A stretch of 64,000 nt of DNA. Origin: Chthoniobacterales bacterium. Its GTDB lineage: Bacteria; Verrucomicrobiota; Verrucomicrobiia; Chthoniobacterales; Chthoniobacteraceae. This document shows positions 40,022 through 49,977 of this stretch, in pieces. The translations under genes and the position numbers were made by a program. Numbering within the stretch: position 1 is the first letter of the stretch; each line of letters starts with the position of its first letter. Where the stretch lies: positions 1-64,000 of the forward strand of contig JBBQZX010000014.1 of assembly GCA_038207335.1 (NCBI GenBank), written 5' to 3'. The notes under the pieces were generated by a model that saw only the letters and a program-made list of their open reading frames with translations, ran no database searches and was not told the origin of the DNA.

Positions 40022-41365
40022 ATGTTTGAAAATAAGACTCAGCCGAAGATCGTGGAGCGGGCGTTGCTCGTGGGAGCCTATGTGGACGCGTCGGATCGGG
40101 ATGAGACTCAGAGCCTGCTGGAGGAGCTCGAGGAGCTCGTGAATACTCTCGGCGTGCCAATCATCGATCGGATGCTCGTGCATCATCGCGAGCAGCATGC
40201 GCGGTATCTGATCGGCTCGGGAAAGGCAGAGGAGATCGCGGCCCGGGCGCGCGATGAAAAGTTGGATGTGATCATTTTCGACAACGACCTGACGCCGAGC
40301 CAGCAGCGGAATTGGGAGGCGCTGGCACCCGGTGTGGCGGTGATCGACCGGCAGGAGGTGATCCTGGATATTTTCGGAAAGCGGGCGCAAACACGTGAGG
40401 CGCGGCTTCAAGTGGAGCTGGCAAAGCTGGAGTATTCGCTGCCGCGGCTGACGCGGGCGTGGAGCCATCTCGGAGGACAGGGCGGCGGGATCGGGGCGAA
40501 AGGCGAGGGCGAGTCGCAGCTCGAGCAGGACAAGCGCCGGGTGCGGCAGGCGATTTACCGCTGCAAGCAGGAGCTGAAGGAGGTGACCTCCTCGCGTGCG
40601 ACTCAGCGCAAGGATCGCAAGCGCGCGCCAGTGCCGAATGCGGCAATCGTGGGCTACACGAACTCGGGTAAGTCGTCGCTGCTGCGGCGGCTGACGGGCG
40701 CGGATGTTTTCATCGAGGACAAGCTTTTCGCGACGCTTGACACGACGACGCGGAAGATCGCGCTGGCAAACAAGCAGCCGCTGCTTTTGACGGACACGGT
40801 CGGCTTTGTGCGGAAGCTGCCGCATCGGTTGATCGAGGCTTTCAACGCGACGCTGGAGGAGGCGGTGATGGCGGATTTTCTGATTCATCTCCTGGATGCG
40901 TCGCAGCCGGAGGTGATGAATTTTTTCAATACGACGGTGAAGGTGCTCGATGAACTCGGGGCTGAGGGAAAGCGGACGCTCGTGGTTTTCAACAAGATCG
41001 ACAAGGTGGACGACCCCATGACGCTGACGAATTTGCGGCGGCATTTTCCGGACGCGGAATTCGTATCCGTGCGGACGGGCGCTGGGATGGATGCGCTCCT
41101 GGATCGGATCGGGGAATTCGTGTCGGAGGGATCGATGGTGCGGGAGCTGCGCCTGCCAGCGAGTGCATCCGCGGCGATGGCGCGGCTGCATAAAAGCGCA
41201 AAAATCCTAGAGACGGAATATCTGGAAAATGAAGTGCGGATGGTGGCGCTGCTGAATCCGAGGCTGACGGCGGAGTATGCCGAATACCTGCGCAGCACGC
41301 CGGTGGAGGAGTGTGCGGTAGGCGTGGATTCGGTAGAGACAAATGGAACGAAGGCCATTAAGTAA
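40022..41365 (+). CDS. hflX: GTPase HflX
   Basis: GEGESQLE, GYTNSGKSS, LFATLDTTTR, DTVGF, NKID. Confidence 0.97.
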   Translation: MFENKTQPKIVERALLVGAYVDASDRDETQSLLEELEELVNTLGVPIIDRMLVHHREQHARYLIGSGKAEEIAARARDEKLDVIIFDNDLTPSQQRNWEALAPGVAVIDRQEVILDIFGKRAQTREARLQVELAKLEYSLPRLTRAWSHLGGQGGGIGAKGEGESQLEQDKRRVRQAIYRCKQELKEVTSSRATQRKDRKRAPVPNAAIVGYTNSGKSSLLRRLTGADVFIEDKLFATLDTTTRKIALANKQPLLLTDTVGFVRKLPHRLIEAFNATLEEAVMADFLIHLLDASQPEVMNFFNTTVKVLDELGAEGKRTLVVFNKIDKVDDPMTLTNLRRHFPDAEFVSVRTGAGMDALLDRIGEFVSEGSMVRELRLPASASAAMARLHKSAKILETEYLENEVRMVALLNPRLTAEYAEYLRSTPVEECAVGVDSVETNGTKAIK

Positions 41366-41415
41366 CGCAAAGTTTTCCTGAAGGGAACGGAAGCTGCGCA
41401 CCGCGACACGAAACG

Positions 41416-44400
41416 ATGAAATCATTTTTGGATCACTTCCGACGCAAGGACTCCGATGAGGAGCCGGGCGGGCAGGAAAAGGGCGCCAAGAAGCCGGGCG
41501 AAGCGACCAAGGAACGGGCAGCAGCATACGCCGCGGAACTGAGACAGCGGGAGGAATTCAAGGCAGCGAGCAAACGTGACGAGGAGACAGAAGACGATCG
41601 ATCCGGCGCCGCGAACGCCGAGGAGACGAATCCCGGCGCGATGGTGCGCTTCGAACTCGGCGATTTTCTGCCTCGGATTCCGCCGCATCTGATGAAGGAT
41701 CAGCCGCACGATCCGAAGATCGAAATTGAATTCGAAGCGGCGGATATTGCGGAATGGATCGTGCGCAGCAAGACGACGATTCCGCTCGCCGAGCTCTACA
41801 AGCGAGCGCCCGGCATCTTTCGTGGCGAGGTGCGCGAGGAGGACAAGATCGAAGTTCGCTTCCCGTGGCAGAAACTCATGGGCGCTGTGGCGGCGGCGCG
41901 CACGCCGGATGGCAGCCCATCGATCAGCGCGGGAGCTGCGGAACTCCTGGCGCAGACCCTGCGTCGGCGCATTGCGGCGGTTGGAACCGGGGCCTTGGGG
42001 ACCCCCGGTGCGCCGGCGTTGCAGCCCGTTTTTCCGAGCCAGGAGAAACCATCGAACGCCTCGGGACGGACGCGAGCCTCGGGCAAACGTCAGCCTTCGT
42101 GGTACAGCAAGGGATCAGCGGATAAGGGCGACACGCCTCCCGTCGCCGAGCCGCAGCCGACAGTGCCGGAAGCCACGCAGGCAGCTCCGGCTCAAATGGA
42201 GCTTTTGACCACCCCGAAACCAGACGCGCCCACGGAGAGCGCAGGCATTCGCAAGAACGCCGAGCGCGACCTTGCCGCAACCAGGGAGATCCATACGCAG
42301 CAGCTCGCCGCCGCGGAAAACGAAAAGCGCGAATTGGCAGACGCGCGCGACAAGGCGATGGCGGAGCTCGACCGCGCGCGGCAGGAAATCGAGGCGAAAG
42401 TCGCGGAGATCGAAGCCCACAAAAAGGCGATGACCGACACGAGCGAGGCGGTATCGAAGAGCAGCGGTGAGCAGGAGAAATTGCAAACGGAGCTCGAGGC
42501 GCACGCGGTGAAACTCGCGGCTTCGCAGACCGAGTTGGAAAACTTTCGCCGTGAAATGGATCAGAAAATCTCGGCACTGTCGCAGGAGCGCGACACGCTC
42601 GCGCAGCAGCGGCAAAATCTGAGCGAGCAACTCACGCAGGTGCGCCACGGGCAGGCGGGGCTGGCGTCCGAGAAGTCCGGCGAGCGCTCGAAAAAGGAAT
42701 ATCAGCGCCAGATCGACGAACTGCAGCGGCGCATCGCGGCGTTTGAAAACAATCAGCGCAATGCCGCGCACGACCTCGGCAAGGAGCGCGAGACGCGCAT
42801 CAAAGTGGAGCGTTCGCTGGCCGCCGCGGAACGCGCGCGTGCGGAATCCACCGCGCTCGTCGAGAGCATGCGCGCCGAGACACGGCGCGAGCTGGAATCG
42901 GGGCTGCGTAAACGCGAAGCCGACCACGCCCGCGCACTGCAGGAGTCACAACAGGAACTGGATGCGCTCAACGAAGCGCACGAAAAGGCAAAGAAAGAAC
43001 GCGACCAATACCTCGCCAGAATCGAGGAGCTGCAACAGGCCGCGAACGCCGAGCGGGAGAAGCTTTCCGGGCGAATCACCGAACTGGAAACTGCCGCTGC
43101 CGCGCCGCCTGACACGTCGTGGGAATCGCGCGCCGTCGAGAGCCTCGAAAGCGACATCGCGGACTACCGCACGCGCATCAAGACGCTGATTCAGGAGCGC
43201 GAGGCGTGGGATCAGGAGCGGGAGAAGCTGGCAGAGGAAATCGCGAAACATCCCGCACGCGAGGTCGATCTCAGCAAGCTGCACGAAACCGAAGCGGCGA
43301 ATGAAAAGCTGAAAGCCGACCTCGAAGCCGCGGCCGGCGAGCGAAATCATCTCGCGGAGAAATTGCGCGGCAACGAGCAGCGGCTGGCAAGAGCGGAGCA
43401 GGCGCTCGCGCGGCTCGACGCGCTCACGAAAGAACGCGACGACTCCGCCGGGGAGATCACGCGCGTGAAGTCGCTCCTCGCGCAAATCGGTGCGGATCAT
43501 CAACTCCATCTCGCGGGTTTACAACAAAGGCACGACTCCATTCTTCACGAGAAAAGCGAGTCCATTCGAATCCTCGAAGACCTGAAGCACACCCAAGCCG
43601 GCGAGTTGCAAGCGCTTGCGGCGGCCGGGGCGGCAAACGAAAAAGAGATCGGCGATCTGCGCGCAGAACTCGAGAAAGCGAACGCAGACCGCGAGGAGGC
43701 GATCAAGAGAGCGCTCGCATCCACGAATGAACTCGAGGCGAAAAGCCAGCGACTGGCGCGCGAACTCGATGCCGCGAAAGGCAGCCACGAAGCCGCAATC
43801 TCTGGCGTTCGTCGCGAACTGGAACTCGCGCACTCCAACAATGAAGCGCTGCGTGAACGCACTGAATCGCAGCTTGCGGAACTCGAAGCTGCTCGTGCGA
43901 ACGCTGAGAACGCTTCCGCGCAATCCGCAGAATTCAAAGGCCGGCATGAAAAACTGCGCGGGGAATCGGATGCCGCCGTCGCTGTTCTCGCAACAGCGAC
44001 CGAGCAGGTCCGCTTACTCGAAGGCGAACGCGATTCGCTCAATAGCCAACTAACCTCCGCCCGGGACGAAGTGGCGAAGCACGTTGCCGAATTGCGCACC
44101 GCTCAGGAGAGCTTTTCCGCACAGCTCGCCTCGACCGATGAAAGACATCGGCATGCGCTCGCCGGCATCACCGCGGAGCGTGAGCGCTTTCGCGCTGAAG
44201 CCGAGACGCGGGCGCAGGAGATCGAAACGCTCACCACGTCCCAATCAGCAGCGGAGCAAGAGCGTGAGAGACTTTCCAGCGAACTCGAGCAGTCCAAGGC
44301 GACACTCCAGCATGAGCGGGAAGCCGCTGCCACCGAGCGGGCTGCTATCGCAGACTCGGCCCACAAGGCCGTCTCCGCGCTCCAGCAAGAACTCGACGCC

Positions 44401-46104
44401 GCACGGAAAAATCTGGATGCGCAAGCCTCGGAACGCGGGCGTGCCGAGTCGGAATTTGCGGAGGGAAAAGCCGCGGCGGAGAAGCGTATCGCCGAACTCA
44501 CCGATGCCCGCGACGCACTCGTGCGCGAACTTTCGGAAAAAAGGGAATCCAGCGAAAAGCGCATCGGCGAACTGAAAGAGGAACTTCATTCCGCAAATGA
44601 AGGACGCGACGCACTGGAGAAGTCTCGGGATGCGCTCGCCGCGGAATTTCAAGAAGTCTCGCGCGCAGGTGAAGCAAAGCACGAAGACCTTCGGGTGGCG
44701 CATGGCCGACTCGCCGGAGAGTTCGATTCGGCGAAAGAGGCGCATCGGATCGCCGCAGCGAATCTCACGCAGGAGCGCGACGCTCTCCGTGACGAGGCGA
44801 CCCGTCTTGCCGCGGCAGTTGCCAGCACCGAAGCCGCTCATCGCGAGCAACTCGCATCTTTGCACGCAAAGCACGATGCGCTGAGCAACGAACGCGCGGC
44901 CAATGCCGCGACGCATGCCGATGCGATCCGGCGCCTGGAGGACGACCTCGCGGCGGCGAGGAAAGAAGCCGCCAACCTCAACGCACAGCTCTTTCTCGCG
45001 AACGACGATGCGAAGCAGCAAATTGCGGCTGCCCAAGGCGAATGCGAGAAGCTGGCGAGCACTCTCGCAGGCGCGCAGGCCGAGCGCGGCACCACTGAGG
45101 AGAAATTCAATGCGGCGCTCCTCGAGCACGAGACTGCGAATGCGGCTTTAATCTCGAAACTCGACGCCACGACATCGGCGCACGCAGCCGAGATCGCAGC
45201 TCTCCGCGAAGGGGTCGAAAGATCGAAGTCCGCGGCGGCAAACGACAAGGCTGCAGCTGCTGAGACCCTTGCCCGGGAACGCGCCGAACGCGCATCGATC
45301 GAGGAAAAACTCCATGCGGCGGCCGTCGAACACGAAGCTGCAAATGCAGCGCGTGAGATGAGGCTCGCTGCCTTAACCTCGGAGTTCGACGCTGCGAAAA
45401 CCGCGCACGCTGCCGAGTTGGAGGCGCACCACGAAGCCGAGGCGAAGGCAATATCCACGGCTGCAAGCGACAAATCCGGAGCCATCGAGAAGCTCACTCG
45501 CGAGCGCGACGCCGCGCTCGCGGCAGTGACGTCGGACTATGCCCGCGCGCGCGCCGAGCACGGCGCAGCGGAGGAAAAACTCAAGGCCGCGACCACTGAA
45601 CTCGAAGCCGCGAAGGAGGCGCATCAGGCGCAGGGCGCGGTGTTCGCGCGTGAATTCAAAGTCACCGTCCGCCAGCGCGACGATGCTCTCTCCGCCCTGC
45701 AATCCGAGCGAAACGCCGCTGCGGAAAAGGCGGAGGCGCTCGCGAGGGATCGCGCCGCGCTTCAGCGCGCGGAAGCCGAACTGGCTTCCCGATTCGATCG
45801 CGAAAGTGCTAAGCTACGCCGCGAGCGTGACGCCGTCACGCAGCAACGCGACGAACTGCGCGAGCGCCTGACGAAAATCGTCGATCACCAGCGCGCGATG
45901 CTCGACGAGATCGGCGGACAGCCGGCTCGCGTGAAGTCCACACCCGCGCCCGTGTCAGCGTCCACGCACGAACCTGACGATTTCGCGGAAGACGTAATCG
46001 AACTCGCCGCAGCGGAAGTCATCCCAACCCGCAACGATTCGAGCATCAGCCTCCCGAGAGTCCGGCCCGTTCCGATTCCGCCGCCACAGATTCGACCGCA
46101 CTAA
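41416..46104 (+). CDS. Very large coiled-coil protein (1562 aa) with a small N-terminal globular domain
   Basis: About 1200 aa rich in A/E/R/K/L and nearly free of Pro; no signal peptide, TM segment or Walker motif; Pro-rich linker and tail. Confidence 0.85.
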   Translation: MKSFLDHFRRKDSDEEPGGQEKGAKKPGEATKERAAAYAAELRQREEFKAASKRDEETEDDRSGAANAEETNPGAMVRFELGDFLPRIPPHLMKDQPHDPKIEIEFEAADIAEWIVRSKTTIPLAELYKRAPGIFRGEVREEDKIEVRFPWQKLMGAVAAARTPDGSPSISAGAAELLAQTLRRRIAAVGTGALGTPGAPALQPVFPSQEKPSNASGRTRASGKRQPSWYSKGSADKGDTPPVAEPQPTVPEATQAAPAQMELLTTPKPDAPTESAGIRKNAERDLAATREIHTQQLAAAENEKRELADARDKAMAELDRARQEIEAKVAEIEAHKKAMTDTSEAVSKSSGEQEKLQTELEAHAVKLAASQTELENFRREMDQKISALSQERDTLAQQRQNLSEQLTQVRHGQAGLASEKSGERSKKEYQRQIDELQRRIAAFENNQRNAAHDLGKERETRIKVERSLAAAERARAESTALVESMRAETRRELESGLRKREADHARALQESQQELDALNEAHEKAKKERDQYLARIEELQQAANAEREKLSGRITELETAAAAPPDTSWESRAVESLESDIADYRTRIKTLIQEREAWDQEREKLAEEIAKHPAREVDLSKLHETEAANEKLKADLEAAAGERNHLAEKLRGNEQRLARAEQALARLDALTKERDDSAGEITRVKSLLAQIGADHQLHLAGLQQRHDSILHEKSESIRILEDLKHTQAGELQALAAAGAANEKEIGDLRAELEKANADREEAIKRALASTNELEAKSQRLARELDAAKGSHEAAISGVRRELELAHSNNEALRERTESQLAELEAARANAENASAQSAEFKGRHEKLRGESDAAVAVLATATEQVRLLEGERDSLNSQLTSARDEVAKHVAELRTAQESFSAQLASTDERHRHALAGITAERERFRAEAETRAQEIETLTTSQSAAEQERERLSSELEQSKATLQHEREAAATERAAIADSAHKAVSALQQELDAARKNLDAQASERGRAESEFAEGKAAAEKRIAELTDARDALVRELSEKRESSEKRIGELKEELHSANEGRDALEKSRDALAAEFQEVSRAGEAKHEDLRVAHGRLAGEFDSAKEAHRIAAANLTQERDALRDEATRLAAAVASTEAAHREQLASLHAKHDALSNERAANAATHADAIRRLEDDLAAARKEAANLNAQLFLANDDAKQQIAAAQGECEKLASTLAGAQAERGTTEEKFNAALLEHETANAALISKLDATTSAHAAEIAALREGVERSKSAAANDKAAAAETLARERAERASIEEKLHAAAVEHEAANAAREMRLAALTSEFDAAKTAHAAELEAHHEAEAKAISTAASDKSGAIEKLTRERDAALAAVTSDYARARAEHGAAEEKLKAATTELEAAKEAHQAQGAVFAREFKVTVRQRDDALSALQSERNAAAEKAEALARDRAALQRAEAELASRFDRESAKLRRERDAVTQQRDELRERLTKIVDHQRAMLDEIGGQPARVKSTPAPVSASTHEPDDFAEDVIELAAAEVIPTRNDSSISLPRVRPVPIPPPQIRPH

Positions 46105-46198
46105 GCGGTCCTCTGCAGCGCACGCGCTGGCCCCTGTCCACCGATTGGGTGTTTCATTGCGCTCGACCTAGCGCGCGCGCCCCGCGAATTTACCGCGC

Positions 46199-46498
46199 AT
46201 GTTCTCACACGTCGTCATTTTTTGGACTCATCCCGACAACCCTTCCGCTCCGGACGAACTCATCGCGGGTGCCGAGAAATACCTTCGCCCGATACCCTGC
46301 GTCCGCCGTTTTCAGATCGGCAAAATGGTGTCAAGCCACCGAGACGTCGTGGATCAGAGCTATCAGGTCGCGCTCAGCCTCGAGTTCACTGACAAGCAGG
46401 AGCAGGACGACTACCAAGTCCACCCGCTGCATCTTCAGTTCGTCGAGAACGTATTCAAGCCGACCTGCCAGCGCGCGGTCATCTACGACTTCGCGTAG
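46199..46498 (+). CDS. Dabb family (stress-responsive alpha/beta barrel) protein
   Basis: HVVIFW, DDYQVHPLH, IYDF; 99 aa. Confidence 0.88.
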   Translation: MFSHVVIFWTHPDNPSAPDELIAGAEKYLRPIPCVRRFQIGKMVSSHRDVVDQSYQVALSLEFTDKQEQDDYQVHPLHLQFVENVFKPTCQRAVIYDFA

Positions 46499-47022
46499 CC
46501 GCCCGGACGGATCAGGCGTTGGCCAGCGGTTCCATGTGAATTCGAGTCGCTGACGGCATTGCCAACGTTTCCCGCTGCGTCGCCATCCCCATCGATTTCG
46601 ACTTCGATTCCCCGTGCACGCAGAGCGGCACAGCAAATCGCCACGGGAGCGCTGATCGCCGCAACCGGTTCCGATCCGTCAAAGGCCGCGAACCATTTCC
46701 CCTCCGCACGCCGCACATGCAGCGGGCGGTCGAAACAGGCAACAGCATCCCAAGCAACGGAGATGTCGGAGGAGTAGCAGCGAAACTCTTCAACCTCCTG
46801 CAACATAAACGCTCCCTCGACCACTGACTCGCGGACGTGCTCGCGGAGATGCGGATCATGAAACGCATCGAGGGCTTCCTCCACCGAATCGAAGCGAAAA
46901 TTTCGTCCCGAATCCTCCCAATGCACCTCGGGACGCTCCTGCGTGATATGCTTGCCGATGAGTGCATCGAGCTTTTCCAAAGCCCGAATCCTGACTCGAA
47001 TTGGTGATCCATCCGTCCTCAT
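46483..47022 (-). CDS. Hypothetical protein, possible phage ABA-sandwich-like domain
   Basis: LDALIG..., YSSDISVAW..., SAPVAICCAAL pattern, matched from memory only. Confidence 0.5.
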   Translation of the reverse strand: MRTDGSPIRVRIRALEKLDALIGKHITQERPEVHWEDSGRNFRFDSVEEALDAFHDPHLREHVRESVVEGAFMLQEVEEFRCYSSDISVAWDAVACFDRPLHVRRAEGKWFAAFDGSEPVAAISAPVAICCAALRARGIEVEIDGDGDAAGNVGNAVSDSNSHGTAGQRLIRPGGYAKS

Positions 47023-47119
47023 AAAGGTTCGACTTTCCTGATTCGTAGCTCTGGGAATCGGCGGATGGAAGATATTTCAATCAGGGTATTTGAACGGGAA
47101 ACCCTCACTCGCCGCTTTT

Positions 47120-48262
47120 CTATCGGCGACTGAGGCGAAGGAACAGCCAACCGCCGAGGCCGATAAAGAGGACGTTTGGGAACCAAATGAGATACTCGGG
47201 ATAGACGCGCGGGTTTCCACGAGCGGTATTCGCGAGGATGATGAAAAGAAAATAGACGAACGCGACCAGCAGGCTGAAAAGAAAACCAATCGACGTTTCC
47301 TTTCGATGGGCGGTGATCGCGAGCGGCACTCCGATCAGCGCGAAGGCGAACGAGGCCATCGAGAATGAAAAGCGTTTGCTGACCTCGGTGCGCGCGGATG
47401 AGCGCTCGGAGTCCTGCTGCTTGCGGTCCTTCGCGGTCGTCGCCACGGAGTGCTCTTCGCGAAGGCGATCCATCAGTTCGTTCACGGTCATCGTGCCTAT
47501 GCCGCGGCTCTTCTTTTTCTTTTCGTAGAGCTCCTCAAGCGAGATCGGGAAGGTCGTCTCCTGCGCGATGATTCCCTGGCGGATTTTGAGAAAATTGACG
47601 GGCTCCGCATCGTCGCGCTGTTCGAAGCGCGCGTCGAAAAGGTGCAGAAGCAGCCGGTTGTTCTCGTGGTCAGTTTCGAGCAGGCCGCGCCGCGCGAAAA
47701 CGACTTTCATCGGATGAGATTCGTCGTCCATTTCATAGACGAGGATGTTGTGAAGCTCGGGCCCCTCGTTGCTCTCGACGTAGATTTTCCGGCCGGGGAA
47801 ATCGTCGATGACTTTGTCGCTGCCGAACATCGCGAGCGGGTTGCTCGTCGCGATGTTGAAAAGCGCGTTCTTCATCTCCACCTGCGCGCGCGGCGCGATA
47901 TCGACATTGATCCAGAGGCAGATGCCGGTGCAGACGATCGAGAGGACGAAAACCCACAGGCAGACGCGAGGAACGCTGACCCCATTTGAGCGGAGCGCGA
48001 TGAGTTCGTTCTCGGCCGACATTTTCCCGAAGACCAAAAGCACCGCGGTGAGGAAGCCCCACGGGATCGTGAACGTGAGCGAAAACGGCAGGATATAGCC
48101 GATGAATGTGAGGATGAATTCGATCGGGACGCTGTGGTTGACGAGGAGGTCGAGGAGTTGCTTAAAGACGTTTCCGAGCACGAGCACGACGCTGAGGATC
48201 GCGACGGCGAACGAGGCGGTGACAATGATTTGCCGAGTGACGTAGCGGTCGAGGAGCTTCAC
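47120..48262 (-). CDS. lptF: LPS export ABC permease, LptF/LptG family (LptF-like)
   Basis: LLDRYV, SAENELIALRSNGVS, LIGVPL, WFPN. The F versus G assignment is tentative. Confidence 0.8.
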   Translation of the reverse strand: MKLLDRYVTRQIIVTASFAVAILSVVLVLGNVFKQLLDLLVNHSVPIEFILTFIGYILPFSLTFTIPWGFLTAVLLVFGKMSAENELIALRSNGVSVPRVCLWVFVLSIVCTGICLWINVDIAPRAQVEMKNALFNIATSNPLAMFGSDKVIDDFPGRKIYVESNEGPELHNILVYEMDDESHPMKVVFARRGLLETDHENNRLLLHLFDARFEQRDDAEPVNFLKIRQGIIAQETTFPISLEELYEKKKKSRGIGTMTVNELMDRLREEHSVATTAKDRKQQDSERSSARTEVSKRFSFSMASFAFALIGVPLAITAHRKETSIGFLFSLLVAFVYFLFIILANTARGNPRVYPEYLIWFPNVLFIGLGGWLFLRLSRR

Positions 48263-48293
48263 AGGACGAGCGGGTCTGCGGTGAAAATCGAGG

Positions 48294-49865
48294 CTACTCG
48301 ACCGCGGCGATCTCCGCCGGGACTGTCTCGCGTGGCATCACCGTTGGTTGCATCGCAGGCGCAGCCATTTCTCCAAACCACGTTCGCCATCCTTCGGTGA
48401 GTTCGAGCCAAAGCCACTGCGCAAGCGCGCCGCCGACGCGCGGTAGATCCTTCGGGCTGATCGAAAAGCTCTGGAAAAGGTAGCGTCGCGAGCTGTTTGC
48501 CGCACCCCATTCGCGGCGGCGCCTCCGCTCGCGGGCAATCGCGGCGAGGCGGCGATTGTAAGTGCGCATCAGTGAGAAAACGGGACGTGAAACGGCGACG
48601 GAAAACGGCGGGATGCGCAACGCTTCCGCGCCGAATTTGAACGGCTGCGACACGATGCCGAGGTAATAAAGGCCGAGGTCGAGACGGAACGCTAGCCGCA
48701 TGAGATCGTACTCGCCGATGTATTCATACTTGCCGCGATAGATTGCCTCGAACCACCGCTGATAGCTCGTCGTGAAATCGATGTTGTGACGCGCGATCAA
48801 GTCGCCAAGCGGCTCGCCGCGCTGCTGCGCCACGATGAGCGCGACACTCGCGGTGACGCTGAACGCGATCCAATCCATCCCCGGGCTGTAGAGCGGATCG
48901 AGGAATGCGCCCGCATCGCCGACGATCGCGAAGCCATCTCCCGCGTAAGTCGTGCTGCTGTAAGGAAGCCGCCGCCGCCAGTGTGCGTCGCCCTCCGCGC
49001 ACTCCGCATCGGCCAGCATTTCGCGCGCAGCGGGATGCTGTGAGAGAAACTCGCGCATCCGATCCGCGAGTTTTCCATCGCCTTGCGGAAACTTCGCGAT
49101 CCGCTCGTCGAAGACCACGCCGACGCTGACATCGCCGCCTTTCAGCGGAATCCACCAGCTCCACCATCCGTCGCCGACGATGTGATTCGTCGCCGTATTC
49201 CGCAAGCCGTAGCACGCTGCCGACCACTCGGGAAATTTGCGCGCCAGCTCGCACCCGTCCCAATCCTTAACCCCGCTCCAGCGCCCCCACGCCGCCGAAG
49301 TCTGGTGCTCGTGATTCGCCCGCCACCAGCCCTCCTGCCGCGACAGCATCGCCGCGACGCCCGAGGCATCCACAACCCACCGGCACGTCACCCTGCTCGT
49401 CGCACCGCCCTCGCGCAGTGTCACGATTTGCTCGCCTCCGGCCTCCAGCGTCACGCCGGTCACCTGCGCAGGCCGCCGCAATTCCGCGCCCGCCTCCACC
49501 GCGCGGCGGAGCACCTCCTGATCGACGACCGACCGGTCGAGCTGCCACGACGGCAGCCGCACCTGATACTGCGGCCCGATCTCGCTCGCGTCCGCCAGCG
49601 TCCGCGTCTCCTCATTCGCGAACCAAAAGCGCATCCCCTGTTTCGTGAGCTGCGTCTCGTTGAAAAACTGCGCCAGCCCAAGCACGCGTCCGAGAAAAAA
49701 CGCGCTCACCTCCACGGTGGCTTCGCCAACCCGACGCCCGAATTTCTCAGACCGCTCCACGACCAGCACGCGCAGCTCCGGGCATTCGCGTCGCAGCAAA
49801 ATCGCGGACGACGCGCCCGAGAGCGAGCCGCCGATAATCACCACGTCGTAGTCGAAAGAAGGCAT
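48294..49865 (-). CDS. Flavin-dependent halogenase-like protein
   Basis: IIGGSLSG, VGEA, candidate catalytic Lys in LTKQG, WSWWIP (WxWxIP), GDAGAFLDPLYSPG. Confidence 0.8.
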   Translation of the reverse strand: MPSFDYDVVIIGGSLSGASSAILLRRECPELRVLVVERSEKFGRRVGEATVEVSAFFLGRVLGLAQFFNETQLTKQGMRFWFANEETRTLADASEIGPQYQVRLPSWQLDRSVVDQEVLRRAVEAGAELRRPAQVTGVTLEAGGEQIVTLREGGATSRVTCRWVVDASGVAAMLSRQEGWWRANHEHQTSAAWGRWSGVKDWDGCELARKFPEWSAACYGLRNTATNHIVGDGWWSWWIPLKGGDVSVGVVFDERIAKFPQGDGKLADRMREFLSQHPAAREMLADAECAEGDAHWRRRLPYSSTTYAGDGFAIVGDAGAFLDPLYSPGMDWIAFSVTASVALIVAQQRGEPLGDLIARHNIDFTTSYQRWFEAIYRGKYEYIGEYDLMRLAFRLDLGLYYLGIVSQPFKFGAEALRIPPFSVAVSRPVFSLMRTYNRRLAAIARERRRRREWGAANSSRRYLFQSFSISPKDLPRVGGALAQWLWLELTEGWRTWFGEMAAPAMQPTVMPRETVPAEIAAVE

Positions 49866-49977
49866 GAATTTGAACCGATGAAAATGCCCGACCTACGCGG
49901 CGCGCACAAGTCAATCGGCGCGTGAAATTCATTGCCACTCCGAAACGCCGCGCACGAAGCTCCGCCTCCCAAAATTC

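Noticed and set aside
39806..41191. 513-aa ORF antisense to hflX, and similar long shadow ORFs (30172-32001, 22578-23906, 28622-29977, 51713-52969, 14236-15471)
   Set aside because: They mirror well-supported genes on the opposite strand, lack motifs, and are expected from high-GC codon bias. Only the last 51 aa of the first ORF look like a real gene.
41416..46104. SMC or phage tape-measure annotation for the giant coiled-coil protein
   Set aside because: No Walker A/B or hinge motifs, and no phage tail genes nearby.
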